NCBI GenBank assembly: GCA_026195275.1
Contig: JAPHQU010000004.1
Location: forward strand, 3,119 to 67,118
Source of the DNA: Minisyncoccota bacterium
Lineage (GTDB): Bacteria; Patescibacteriota; Minisyncoccia; Phycocordibacterales; JABMNX01
Direction of reading: 5' to 3'
Length of the DNA: 64,000 bases
A program made the translations under genes and the position numbers. Below, piece by piece: positions 53,819-64,000 of this stretch. The notes under the pieces were generated by a model. The model was not told where the DNA came from. It did no database searches and saw only the letters and a list, made by a program, of their open reading frames with translations. Within the stretch, counting starts at the first letter, position 1. Each line of letters begins with the position of its first letter.

Positions 53819-54955
53819 GCATAGGGTCCATAAAGAGGGAACCGCACCCTGTTTGTAGGACGCGGCACCAGTTTGCTTCGCTTCAGGTGGCTTCTTGTGA
53901 TTCTCTAAGAATTTCTTTCGCTTGCTTTAGTGTTGTGAGTCCTCCTGAAAGAACCCCACCATCTCACAAGACGGAAGTGTCTTTCTTTAGAGAGTGTTAT
54001 GTAGACTGCGCCTCCCTTGAATGCCATGAAGCTGGTGCACGGTATATTCTAAGGGTCCGAATACTCAGGAATAGCACGGTGTCAGCTGGGTTGTTGACTC
54101 AAAAACCCGCCTCGTGTATACTGCTGTCTACGTGATTATGAGTATTGATTTGAAGAACACCAACAAGCGGGGGCGCTAGCCGGGGCATCGACTCATGACT
54201 AACGCAGCCGCGATCTCGCGGTTTTTTTCTTGCCTTCACTCATAACTGACATCACGAGAACTTTGACAACGTCATAGGATCCATCTGGTCGGAGAGACTA
54301 GGCGGATCCGCAGGTAAAAACAAACCAAGACTAAAACTAAATGTTTACGTGCCGCTGTAAGCAAGCGGCACACACGAGTGTGGCTATGGTTATACTCGTG
54401 TAGCGGTTTTTAGATTTCCTGATAGGAGATCTAAGAGCGTGTGGTGGATACCTAGACTGAAAAAGGCGATGAAGGACGTGGCATGTCTGCGATAAGCTTC
54501 GGTAAGGTGACTAGCAACCTTTGACCCGGAGATTTCCGAATGGGGGAACCCGGCCGACTCTGTCGGTCACCTTTCTACTTGATAGAAGGGAGCGCACCCG
54601 GGGAAGTGAAACATCTCAGTACCCGGAGGAGAAGAAACCAATAGGAATTCCCGTAGTAGCGGCGAGCGAACTGGGACGAGCCCAAACTCGATTTCACCTC
54701 TACCATCTGTGTTTACACAGGTGCTAGAGGTGGTATCGGGGGTTGTAAGGCAACAATGTCATTTTTTCGAAAATGAGAAAAGTTACAAATTGTAATGTTA
54801 ATGGAAGCTTCTGGGAAGAAGCACCCAAGAGGGTAACAGTCCCGTACATGAAAACATATACAACTTTTTTGTTGTTGTCCTTGAGTAGCTCAAGACACGA
54901 ATAGCTTGAGTGAATCTGCCAGAACTAACTGGTAAGGCTAAATACTTTTTCAGAT

Positions 54956-54994
<39 letters not shown>

Positions 54995-56235
54995 GTCCGG
55001 TGAGGACAGTGAAATAGACTTGAAACCACATGCTTACAAGGAGTCAGAGCGGTCGCAAGACCGTCATGGCGTGCCTATTGAAGAATGAGCCAACGAGTTC
55101 ATATATGTTGCAGGCTAAGCCCTTATCGGGTGGAGTCACAGGGAAACCGAGTGTGAATAGCGCGAACCATTATGTAGCATGTATGAGACCCGAAGCTCGG
55201 TGAGCTTGCCATGGGCAGGGTGAAGTTTGTGGAAACACAGATGGAGGCCCGAACCGGGAGGTCGTTCAACGCCTTCGGATGACCTGTGGTAAGAAGTGAA
55301 AAGCTAATCGAACCGAGTAATAGCTGGTTCTCTCCGAAATAGCTTTAGGGTTAGCGTCGTGTGTTCCTGTTGGGGGTAGAGCACTGGCAGGTGTGAATAG
55401 GGGGAAACCTCGTCATTCCTATCAAACTCCGAATACCAACAGTTAATAGCGCGGCAGTTAGAGTCAGGGGGCTAAGCTCCTGTGCTCAAAAGGGAAACAG
55501 CCCAGATCCCAAGTTAAGGTCCCAAAATTCACGTTAAGTGCACTTAAGGAGGTGAGATTTCTCAGACAATGAGGAGGTTGGCTTAGAGGCAGCCATCCTT
55601 TAAAGATAGCGTAACAGCTCACTCATTCAGAGATTTCGCGCCGCAAATGATCGGGGCTAAACGTGATACCGAAACTGGGGGCTTTCCATTCATTCGTGAA
55701 TGGGGAGCGGTAGGAGAGCGTTCTGTTCTGCGATGAAGCCGAAGGGATAACCCACGGTGGAGCGTTCAGAAGTGAGAATGTTGGCACGAGTAACCGCATG
55801 GCATGTGAGAATCATGCCCGCCGAAAGATCAAGGTTTCCTTCGCGATGTAGATCAGCGAAGGGTTAGTCGGGCCTAAGCCGATCCCGAAGGGGGGAGGCG
55901 ATGGACACATGGTTAATATTCCATGACTTTACGAATATGCGATGGGATGACGGAGGGTTGTACTCTGAGCGCATTATTGGATTTGCGTTGGTGCTGTGAG
56001 GGGGTCTCTTAGGGAAATCCGGGAGACACCACCCCAAGCAGAGCGAAAATGGTGCGGTTTCGGCCAATCCAAATTCAGAGGAGCACGCTTCCAAGAAAAG
56101 TCTCTAAGCTTCAGTATTCGTAAAACCGTACCCCAAACCAACACAGGTGATCAGGTCGAGAAGACCAAGGCGAACAAGTGAGTCTTCCTCAAGGAACTCG
56201 GCAAAACAGCGACCGTAACTTCGGAATAAGGTCTG

Positions 56236-56335
56236 CCTGTGCAGCCAATAGAGGAGTTCATGAAGAAAACAAAAGATGAGACATGTCATATATGTATGCA
56301 TATACATGACAACGGGTGCAAGTGTTCGATCGAGA
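56236..56335 (+). other. Expansion segment in a 23S variable helix, closed by a perfect 14-bp helix (CAGCCAATAGAGGA/TCCTCTATTGGCTG)
   Basis: About 85 extra nt relative to E. coli between ...CUUCGG.AGAAGG... and ...ACUGUUUA.CAAAAACACAG. Contains internal palindromes. Confidence 0.5.
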
Positions 56336-56517
56336 GATCGAATCCTCTATTGGCTGCGTAGGCCGCAGCTAAAGAGCCCTGGCGACTGTTTACCAAAAAC
56401 ACAGCTCCCTGCGAACTCGTAAGAGGATGTATAGGGGGTGACGCCTGACCAATGCCAGAAGGTTAAGCACGGATGGTGTGATGAGTTTACTTGTCATGCT
56501 GGGCTGTGTAAGCCCTG

Positions 56518-56564
<47 letters not shown>

Positions 56565-57215
56565 AGTCCAGTAATTTTGGACGTGCACGAATGGTGTAAC
56601 GACTGGGGCACTGTCTCGAGGAAGAGCTTGGTGAAAATGCAATGGCGGTGAAGATGCCGCCTACCTGCAGCTAGACGAAAAGACCCCAGGAGCTTTACTA
56701 CAGCTTGATATTGGGGGTGTGAGTTGACTGCGTAGCATAGATGGGAGACTTTGAAGCGGACCTTTCGGGGATCGTGGAGTCGCCAGTGAAATACCATCCT
56801 TTCAATTTGCATTCTCTAACCTGAACGGAAAAAACGTGTAGGGACAGTATCTGGTGGGTAGTTTGAGTGGGGCGCTCTCCTCCTAAAAAGTAACGGAGGA
56901 GTCTATTAAGGTCCTCTAGGCGCGAATGGAAACCGTGCCGATAGTGTAAAGGCAAAAGAGGGCTTGACTGCAAGGGGTACATCCCGAGCAGGCGCGAAAG
57001 CGGAGCTTAGTGAACCGAGAGTTTCCTTTAGACGGAGCTCGAGATTAACGGATAAAAGTTACCCTGGGGATAACAGGCTGGTATTGCCCAAGAGTCCATA
57101 TCGACGGCAATGTTCGGCACCTCGATGTCGGCTCACCTTATCCTGGGGCTGGAGAAGGTCCCAAGGGTTTGACTGTTCGTCAATTAAAAAGGTACGCGAG
57201 CTGGGTTCAGACCGT

Positions 57216-57526
57216 TGAGAAGTTGAATTTATTTGACTTCTCAACAGTCTGAGTCCACTCTAACGACACAAAATCGAAGTCTTTTCGTTTATTCAATGAG
57301 AATTAATCAATCTAATCACGGCGGCTGGGTGTTTTCGTAACACCTAGTAAAGCTGACTTATATCGGTAAAACCCGAACCCATTCAGGGAGGGCAATACCG
57401 AGGAAACCCCGCACTTGCATGCAAGTGAAGGGGGTCCGTAGAGACTGAACGTCAGTTATCTGCACACTGTAATGGTGTGTCAGTTAAAGCTACAGTCCAA
57501 TGCACGAAGTAATTCGTGAGAACATG
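57216..57526 (+). other. Probable ORF-less group I intron in 23S rRNA domain V (near E. coli positions ~2593-2597)
   Basis: Conserved 23S sequence GGGUUCAGACCGU | ... | CGUGAGACAGGUUGGUC is interrupted by ~311 nt. The insert follows a U, ends in G, starts with a 10-bp P1-like hairpin (GTTGAGAAGT/ACTTCTCAAC), has AGACUG...CAGUCC (P7-like) and a terminal hairpin CACGAAgtaaTTCGTG (P9-like). Confidence 0.55.
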
Positions 57527-57667
57527 CGTGAGACAGGTTGGTCTTAATCTGCTGTGGGCGTCGATCTTTGAGAGGAGTTGTTCCTAGTACGAGAGGACCG
57601 GAATGAACTGACCTCTGGTGTATCGGCTGTCGCGCCAGCGGCACTGCCGAGTAGCTATGTCGGGAAT

Positions 57668-57700
<33 letters not shown>

Positions 57701-57882
57701 AACCTCAAGATAAGAGATCATAGACCCCTAGGAGATGACTAGGTGATAGGCTCTCGGTGTACGCACAGTAATGTGTTTAGCCAAGGAGTACTAATTCGTC
57801 GTACTCCTGTTAGGAAATCTGAAAATCGCTGTAAACAAAAAGTTTGTTTTTACCAACTCAAGTATTCAATGATGGGTGTTTG

Positions 57883-58053
57883 GGGCCGTAGCTCAGAAAG
57901 GTCACACGCTGTTTCTCAGTTCTTTTGGATTGATTTACTCCATGAGCTGCCAACTTAAGGGGTGGGTCAGGAACACGCGTGTGTCGCGAGAGAGCATCTC
58001 GTCTTGGGAAGGTCGCAGGTTCAAATCCTGCCGGCTCCACCAACTTTCTATCA
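57883..58053 (+). tRNA. Disrupted or intron-containing tRNA-like gene: canonical 5' end and 3' T-arm/acceptor end separated by ~100 nt
   Basis: 5' end GGGGCCGUAGCUCAG. 3' end GCAGG-UUCAAAU-CCUGC-CGGCUCC-A-CCA, complementary to the 5' acceptor. No contiguous D/anticodon arms could be folded. Confidence 0.4.
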
Positions 58054-58073
58054 TGAATAGTAACGGGGTGTAG

Positions 58074-58141
58074 CTCAGCCTGGTGGAGCGCTGGCTTCGG
58101 TAGCCAGAGGTCGAGGGTTCGAATCCCTTCCACCCCGACCA
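58074..58141 (+). tRNA. tRNA-Pro (anticodon CGG) with encoded CCA
   Basis: CGGGGTG acceptor, GCTCAGCCTGGTGGAGC D-arm, anticodon stem CTGGC/GCCAG with loop TTCGGTA, T-arm GAGGGTTCGAATCCCTT, CACCCCG-A-CCA. One extra C at the T-stem/acceptor junction. Confidence 0.7.
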
Positions 58142-58236
58142 TTCGTGGTCACCATCATTGTTTTTTCTTTGTCCGACATGGAGTCGGACTTATCATTGAG
58201 TACTTGAGTGTGACGTGTTAGATATTCGCACCTTTT

Positions 58237-58347
58237 GTTCTGGTGATTAATCGCTGAGGAACCACCTGTTCTCATTCCGAACACAGAAGTTAAGCTCAGT
58301 AGAGGCGATGATACTCTTTGATGGGGAAAGTAGCTAGTCGCCAGAAC
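58237..58347 (+). rRNA. rrf: 5S ribosomal RNA
   Basis: CCGAACACAGAAGUUAAGCUC (loop C/helix III) and GGGGAAAGUAGCUAGUCGCCAG. Helix I is extended by a 20-bp precursor stem (58224..58243 pairs with 58341..58360). Confidence 0.85.
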
Positions 58348-58776
58348 AAAAGGTGCGAATTTTTGTTTGTTGACCCAGAGTGTTCTTTTTGAGATACTAC
58401 CGCTTGGTATATGTGGCGCGGAAGAGTGAGTCCTCGGTACCAACTTGAGGTAAGACCTCGTGGTCAAATCCACTAGTCACAACAGTTCGTAGGCAAAGCG
58501 GCTGTTGTGGATCTGTGGCATTTGAAGATGAGATAAGAAGTAATAAGAACAACTTCTGTCTTGATCTCTTGTGTCGACCGAGTGTTCGGTATATTCGCGA
58601 TATATCGCATCACTCCTGGTCTATAGTGACACGTTTCTCACAATTCTCGTGTCTTACTTATAGGGTCGTAAGTAGTACGCTGCCACGTCGGACGGACCGA
58701 GTGTTGCACTTGGTCCGTCCGATCTTTTCAACCGTCTATAGGGCGGTTTTTCCTTTTTTTGTTACAATAGAGATAT

Positions 58777-59538
58777 ATGTCATGGGCAGCAAAGCGTCGA
58801 GCAATATACCTCGGAGGTGTCACACTCTTCCTTTTCGTGGTTGTTGGGGTGCCTGTTTTTCTTCTCTGGTATGAACAACCAACATGTTTTGATGGAGTAC
58901 AGAACCAAGGGGAGCTCAGTATCGATCGAGGTGGGCCATGTGCGCTTCTTCATGAGTCACAAGTGCAGCCTGAGGTGGTATTGTGGGCGCGGTCATTTGA
59001 AGTGATACCGGGCGTATACAACGCAGTAGCGTATGTGAGCAATCCAAATTTCTCCGCAGGGGTAGTCGCGGCGCCATATTCATTCAAGCTCTTTGACGCG
59101 GAGAATATACTTGTTGCGGAGCGGAAGGGTGTCACATACGTAATCCCTAATGCTATCACGTCGGTGTTCGAGGGAGGTGTCGCAACCGGGAACCGTGTTC
59201 CCGCAAGGACATTCTTTGAGTTCCTTTCGCCACTTGAATGGGAGCGGGTTGATTCTCCAGTAAAAGGTCTTGCGGTAGGAGACCGAGAACTTACCGAGGA
59301 GACCTCAGCACCACGAATCACCGCGGAAATTAAGAACAACTCGTTCTCTGATATTCATAATATTGAAGTGGTTGCTACCGTGTTTGACGAACAGGATACC
59401 GCGATAGCCTCGTCGCGCACCGCTATAGAAAGCCTTCAGCAACAGTCATCACAGATTGTGGTCTTCACATGGCCTCGTCCATTCACTGGAGTCGTGAGTA
59501 GAATCGAGATCGTTCCGCAGGCACCATTTCGAGAGTAG
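58777..59538 (+). CDS. Hypothetical membrane-anchored extracytoplasmic protein
   Basis: 253 aa with an N-terminal TM helix (LGGVTLFLFVVVGVPVFLLW); no motif recognised. Confidence 0.45.
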   Translation: MSWAAKRRAIYLGGVTLFLFVVVGVPVFLLWYEQPTCFDGVQNQGELSIDRGGPCALLHESQVQPEVVLWARSFEVIPGVYNAVAYVSNPNFSAGVVAAPYSFKLFDAENILVAERKGVTYVIPNAITSVFEGGVATGNRVPARTFFEFLSPLEWERVDSPVKGLAVGDRELTEETSAPRITAEIKNNSFSDIHNIEVVATVFDEQDTAIASSRTAIESLQQQSSQIVVFTWPRPFTGVVSRIEIVPQAPFRE

Positions 59539-59543
59539 TCCTC

Positions 59544-60704
59544 ATGAACGGTTGGTTATCACAAAAAGAGAGAGTGGTCCGGAGCGCACGAACACTGTTT
59601 TCTCATATTGATTGGGTGCTTCTTGTGTCTTCTTTACTCCTTGTGGGGGCGGGGGTGCTCACCATGAACTCGTTTGTTGGTGAGAATTATTTCTTTGAGA
59701 ACCAATTGATCTGGGCGGCGGTCGGGGTCGCTCTCTTTTTTGTTTTGAGTTTTATTGATTTCCGATTTCTTCGTCGAACGAGTACTATTGTGGCACTTTT
59801 TCTCGCTTCGACGTTCCTCCTCCTCCTGATATTTGTTTTTGGAGACATTGCAAAAGGAGCGCAAAGTCGTTTTGACTTTGGCGTGTTCGCGCTCCAACCG
59901 TCTGACCCGATCAAATTGGTGGTGATCCTCTTGCTTGCGAAATACTTCTCGCGCCGACACATCGAGATTGCAAACATTCGACATATTCTCGTCTCAGGCT
60001 TTTATGCTTTCGTTATATTCTTGCTAGTTCTCTTGCAGCCGGATTTTGGCTCAGCGGTCATTATTGCGATGCTCTGGTTTGGCTTCGTGCTCGTCTCGGG
60101 CATATCAAAGAGACACCTCTTGCTCGTATTGCTTCTTGGCGCCGTTGGACTCTTTGGTATGTGGTCGTATGTCTTTGAGGACTATCAGAAGCAGCGCATT
60201 CTCACTTTCTTGCATCCACTAGCTGATATCCAAGGTACGGGGTATAACGCGTACCAGTCAACTATCGCTGTTGGTTCCGGGCAGATTCTAGGGAAAGGTG
60301 TGGGATACGGAACACAGTCGAAGTTGCAGTTTTTACCCGAGTACGAGACCGACTTTATATTTGCCGCATTTGCAGAAGAATGGGGTTTTGTTGGGGTGAT
60401 CATGCTCTTTGGCATATTCTTTATCGTCATCTGGCGTATTCTTGAGAACGCAATGGTGGGCGCGAGTAATTTTGAGATTCTCTTTGGTATTGGATTGGCA
60501 ATCTTATTTATCAGTCATTTATTAGTGAACGTTGGTATGAACATCGGGCTTCTGCCGGTCACCGGAACAACACTGCCGTTCATGAGCTATGGGGGTTCTC
60601 ATTTGGTAACTGAATATATCGGTCTCGGAATATTGATGGGGATGCGTCGTTATGCACGGGCGACACACAAAGAAGACACACACCGCGAATTCATCGGTAT
60701 GTAG
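59544..60704 (+). CDS. SEDS-family peptidoglycan glycosyltransferase (FtsW/RodA)
   Basis: 386 aa, ~10 TM helices; conserved LQPDFGSAVI and a C-terminal GGSHL-like region typical of FtsW/RodA. Confidence 0.85.
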   Translation: MNGWLSQKERVVRSARTLFSHIDWVLLVSSLLLVGAGVLTMNSFVGENYFFENQLIWAAVGVALFFVLSFIDFRFLRRTSTIVALFLASTFLLLLIFVFGDIAKGAQSRFDFGVFALQPSDPIKLVVILLLAKYFSRRHIEIANIRHILVSGFYAFVIFLLVLLQPDFGSAVIIAMLWFGFVLVSGISKRHLLLVLLLGAVGLFGMWSYVFEDYQKQRILTFLHPLADIQGTGYNAYQSTIAVGSGQILGKGVGYGTQSKLQFLPEYETDFIFAAFAEEWGFVGVIMLFGIFFIVIWRILENAMVGASNFEILFGIGLAILFISHLLVNVGMNIGLLPVTGTTLPFMSYGGSHLVTEYIGLGILMGMRRYARATHKEDTHREFIGM

Positions 60705-60707
60705 AGA

Positions 60708-61853
60708 TTATGATTCATAAATACGCACAGTCTTCCGTAGCATCTGTTCCAGAGAGAAGTCAGCAACAACTTTTTCTTTGAGTGCTTCGCCATATCTCTG
60801 TCGTAACCCCGGGTTATCTATGAGAGAAAGAACAGCCTCGGCAATTGATTGAGAGTCGCGGGCAGGGGTGAGGATCCCGTTGTCTCTTGAGGTGATGATC
60901 TCCGGTATGCCACCAACATCACTTGCCACAACCGTTCGTTCGGAGAGCCCCGCTTCAAGTATGGTATAAGAAAGCGCTTCTGATATAGAGGTGAGGGTGA
61001 AGATATCAAATGCTCTGAGATACTGTGCGGCAGTATCAATAAAACCAAGGAAAAATACACAATCAGATAACCCCGCGTCTTGTACTGATTTTTGTAAGTT
61101 TTTTCGTTCTTCACCTTCGCCAATAACAACAAAGATAACCTTAGGGTGCGTTTTTCGTATTTGTTGAAGCGCCCTGATCGCATAGAGGAGTCCTTTCGTT
61201 GTATGGAGCTCAGAGACAGTGCCGACCCAGAAAGCGTCTTTCGGCAGAGACTCTCGCATATTTGGATTGTTCTCAAGGATGATCTCTCGAGCTTCCTCTG
61301 AGGTGAACACCCCGGCTTGTTTTACACCATTGTGTATGACAACGGTTTTTCTCTTTGTGAGTGGTCCGCGTCCTATCTGGTCTTTGATTTGGTGTGATAC
61401 GGCAATTGTCTGATGCGAGAGTAAGACGGTGAGCCATGAGAAAAACCAAAGCAGCACCTTTTGCCAGATAGGGCGCTCTTCGTTAAACGCCCAACCGTGT
61501 GCAGTGAATATGATACGGGGGACCTTTGTGATGCGCCCCATGAGCGCGCCGATACCACTGATCTTTGAGCTGTTGAGGTGGATAATATTCGGACGTGTCT
61601 CCTTGAGGAGCGAGTACACATTCTTAAATACAGCAAAGTCTTTAAATAAAGAGATGTCTCGATCAAGACCATTTATCGAGACGGTTTGTATATCGACTTC
61701 TCTAAGCTTATCTTGAAGTACGCCCTGCCCACCAAACGCAACAGTTACCGCGTACTCTTCTTTTGGCAGTGAGGACGCAAGATCAAATACATAGCGTTGC
61801 GCTCCGCCGAAATTTGATTTGGTTATAAGGAAGAGGATATTCTTTTTCTTCAT
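60708..61853 (-). CDS. Glycosyltransferase family 4 (GT-B fold)
   Basis: 381 aa; N-terminus ILFLITKSNFGGAQRYVFDLA and a C-terminal E.G....EA motif region. Confidence 0.8.
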   Translation of the reverse strand: MKKKNILFLITKSNFGGAQRYVFDLASSLPKEEYAVTVAFGGQGVLQDKLREVDIQTVSINGLDRDISLFKDFAVFKNVYSLLKETRPNIIHLNSSKISGIGALMGRITKVPRIIFTAHGWAFNEERPIWQKVLLWFFSWLTVLLSHQTIAVSHQIKDQIGRGPLTKRKTVVIHNGVKQAGVFTSEEAREIILENNPNMRESLPKDAFWVGTVSELHTTKGLLYAIRALQQIRKTHPKVIFVVIGEGEERKNLQKSVQDAGLSDCVFFLGFIDTAAQYLRAFDIFTLTSISEALSYTILEAGLSERTVVASDVGGIPEIITSRDNGILTPARDSQSIAEAVLSLIDNPGLRQRYGEALKEKVVADFSLEQMLRKTVRIYES

Positions 61854-61948
61854 GTATATGCTAATAGTACACGATACTTCACAAGATCAGTAACACGTGA
61901 GTAACTTGTCATCTTATATTTTTGTTGTATTGTGAGAGTCATAGACAC

Positions 61949-63304
61949 ATGACTATCGCAAACAAAAAAGAGCCTTTTGCCTTGCTTTTTGGTGATATTG
62001 CCGCATTCTTGCTCGCACTATGGGTAACGCTGTTTGTGCGTTACGCAGAGGTGCCAAGCGACACCCTCTTTTATAACCATCTTGAACCGTTCTCGGTTCT
62101 CTTTCTGGTGTGGGTAGCAGTATTCTTTATCTCGGGTCTTTATGATAAACACACGACACTTCTCCGCAGTAAGCTTCCCAAGGTCGTTCTTAATGCCCAA
62201 ACGGTGAATATTATTCTTGCTGCACTTTTTTTCTTTCTTGCGCCATTTGTAAACATTGCTCCAAAGACGAACCTGGTACTCTACTCGGTGATATCATCTT
62301 TATTTATACTTGTGTGGCGGATGTTCATAGCAACCCGTATTGGTGTGCGTAAAAAACAGCGCGCGCTGATTATCGGGCATAGCGATGAGGTATCGGAGCT
62401 TGTTGGGGAGGTGAACACAAACCCGCGGTATCTCCTCGAATTTGTACATATCATTGATGTTGATAGCACAGATGATACCCAAGCAATGCACGACAAAATA
62501 CTTTGCGCGATCAAGGAAGGTGTCGCTGTCATCGTCATTGATATTAAGAGTCGCAAAACCGCCGGGCTTCTCCCGGGTATGTTTGCTGATACTGAGGATG
62601 TAACTCTCCTTGATATACATGCGGTCTACGAAGATGTATTTGATCGAGTCCCAATTGGCGCACTTAACGAGAGTTGGATATTTGAGAACATCTCAACAAG
62701 TCCCCGAGTTTTCTACAACATACTTAAACGTGCCATGGATATTAGTGGAGCAATCCTCATCGGAGGTGTATCGCTTTTGATATACCCATTCGTCATCATG
62801 GCTATCAAGATAGAAGATGGTGGAGACATTTTTATCACACAGAGACGTGTTGGAGAGAATAACGAAGTCTTTTCCGCGTACAAATTTAGGAGCATGGAAC
62901 GCAACGAAGATGGTGTATGGATAGGCGAGACGAGCAACGTGGTTACAAAGGTTGGTGCGCTTATCCGGAAAACACGTATCGACGAATTGCCCCAACTCTG
63001 GAATATTCTGCGTGGAGACATGTCGTTCATTGGTCCGCGGCCTGATGTGCAGGGGCTCAATGAGCGCCTTTCACGCGAGATCCCATTCTATAACACACGA
63101 AGCGTGATCAAGCCGGGTCTTTCGGGGTGGGCACAGATAAAGCAGGATTACGAAAAAGGTAACCAAATTAGCCCGCAGTCGGTTGTAGATACACAAGCAC
63201 GTTTAATGTATGATGTGTACTATGTTAAAAACCGTTCGCTCCTGCTTGACGTAGTGATCGCGTTAAAGACGATAAAAACTGTCCTATCCAAGTTTGGGTC
63301 ATAA
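61949..63304 (+). CDS. Polyprenyl-phosphate sugar phosphotransferase (WbaP/bacterial sugar transferase family)
   Basis: N-terminal TM helices; C-terminal KRAMDISGAILIGGVSLL...YKFRSM...DELPQLWNILRGDMSFIGPRP signature. Confidence 0.85.
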   Translation: MTIANKKEPFALLFGDIAAFLLALWVTLFVRYAEVPSDTLFYNHLEPFSVLFLVWVAVFFISGLYDKHTTLLRSKLPKVVLNAQTVNIILAALFFFLAPFVNIAPKTNLVLYSVISSLFILVWRMFIATRIGVRKKQRALIIGHSDEVSELVGEVNTNPRYLLEFVHIIDVDSTDDTQAMHDKILCAIKEGVAVIVIDIKSRKTAGLLPGMFADTEDVTLLDIHAVYEDVFDRVPIGALNESWIFENISTSPRVFYNILKRAMDISGAILIGGVSLLIYPFVIMAIKIEDGGDIFITQRRVGENNEVFSAYKFRSMERNEDGVWIGETSNVVTKVGALIRKTRIDELPQLWNILRGDMSFIGPRPDVQGLNERLSREIPFYNTRSVIKPGLSGWAQIKQDYEKGNQISPQSVVDTQARLMYDVYYVKNRSLLLDVVIALKTIKTVLSKFGS

Positions 63305-63313
63305 CAAACAGAC

Positions 63314-64000
63314 ATGAAACAACACACACTATTTATAACTGGGGCTGCTGGGTATGTCGGCGCGATGCTCTGCGATCAATTCTCAAAACGCGATGACGTC
63401 ACGCGGATTGTTGCGCTCGATAAAGAGCTTGAGCCGGATCTTCTCAGAGGAAATGACAAGGTGGTGTGGATCACTGCAAATACGTCAGATAGCACATGGC
63501 AGAGGGAAGTAGCAAAATACAATCCCGATGTTGTTGTACATACTGCGTGGCAGATTCGTGAGATGTATGGAGACCGACCACTTGAGTGGAAGTGGAACGT
63601 TGATGGTTCTGATAATATTTTTGATTTCGCTTTTGACACGCCGGCAGTTAAACGACTCATACATTTCTCAACAGTATCTTCTTATGGCGCATTTGCAGAC
63701 AATCTTACCAGTCATCAGTATAAAGAAGATGAACCATTCCGTAAGACTAATTATCTTTATTCCGAAGAGAAACGTGTGTGTGAAGAACATCTTAAGGAAA
63801 AATATGATGTAGCTAAAAAGCAAAGGGACATTTCAGTGTCAGTTCTCCGACCAGCTGCGATTACTGGACCTCGAGGACGTTTTGCTCGTATCCGATTTGG
63901 GCTTCAGGCATCCCTGTCCGGTTCTCTTAAAGGACAGGGGTCAATCCTTTATAATATTATTTCGTTATGGGTATCGTTTGTACCAGTAACACCAAAATGG
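63314..64000 (+). CDS. NAD-dependent epimerase/dehydratase (SDR family), 3'-truncated by window end
   Basis: LFITGAAGYVGAMLCDQF (Rossmann GxxGxxG) and YxxxK region ...NYLYSEEKRVCEE. The ORF continues beyond position 64000. Confidence 0.75.
   Translation, partial: MKQHTLFITGAAGYVGAMLCDQFSKRDDVTRIVALDKELEPDLLRGNDKVVWITANTSDSTWQREVAKYNPDVVVHTAWQIREMYGDRPLEWKWNVDGSDNIFDFAFDTPAVKRLIHFSTVSSYGAFADNLTSHQYKEDEPFRKTNYLYSEEKRVCEEHLKEKYDVAKKQRDISVSVLRPAAITGPRGRFARIRFGLQASLSGSLKGQGSILYNIISLWVSFVPVTPKW

Noticed and set aside
56236-56335. Second intron in 23S (~85-nt insert closed by a perfect 14-bp helix)
   Set aside because: It lies in a naturally variable helix region. It is not within conserved core sequence and has none of the group I terminal features. 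It is more parsimoniously an expansion segment, though an intron is not fully excluded without transcript data.
57883-58053. tmRNA (ssrA) as the identity of the split tRNA-like element
   Set aside because: The tRNA-Ala-like 5' GGGGC... and 3' ...GGCUCCACCA ends resemble tmRNA termini. However, only ~170 nt separate them (tmRNA is ~350 nt), the D-loop GGAUUCGAC-like motif and any tag reading frame are absent, and the 5' end is not the tmRNA-specific GGGGCUGAUUCUGGAUUCGACGGG.

Overview
This is a 64 kb chromosomal segment with the hallmarks of a Candidate Phyla Radiation / Patescibacteria (Parcubacteria-like) genome. Genes are small and tightly packed, Shine-Dalgarno signals are weak, and several ribosomal and division proteins carry low-complexity extensions. 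rplA is missing between rplK and rplJ. A 23S-tRNA-tRNA-5S rRNA cluster has no linked 16S, and the 23S carries an insertion in domain V. Most of the window is housekeeping: RuvX, a pilM/N/O cluster, UppS, RluA, L19, secE-nusG-rplK, a dTMP-synthesis cluster (dCMP deaminase fusion, HIT, DHFR, ThyA), ArgRS, IleRS, RecO, GlyRS, MetRS, TatD, S6-SSB-S18, EF-P, an ECF sigma factor, RecA, FtsK, L10-L7/L12, SEDS FtsW/RodA and glycosyltransferases. The items worth a second look are: (1) IleRS with a complete histidine-phosphatase (PGM-like) domain inserted in frame. (2) A conserved structured 5' leader module shared, in sense orientation, by ftsK and rplJ, with covarying hairpins. (3) A REP-associated tyrosine transposase (RAYT) flanked by four copies of a 29-bp REP palindrome, one of them in frame inside the RAYT gene. 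(4) A tRNA-His locus with a duplicated 3' end (att-like) and a three-copy hairpin repeat family. (5) A probable group I intron in 23S and a disrupted tRNA-like gene in the 23S-5S spacer. (6) A wHTH regulator gene surrounded by a dense array of AAAGGACA palindromic sites. (7) Two giant secreted proteins, one with a PG-binding domain and one with a lipase-like N-terminus plus a lamin-tail domain. No CRISPR array was found.
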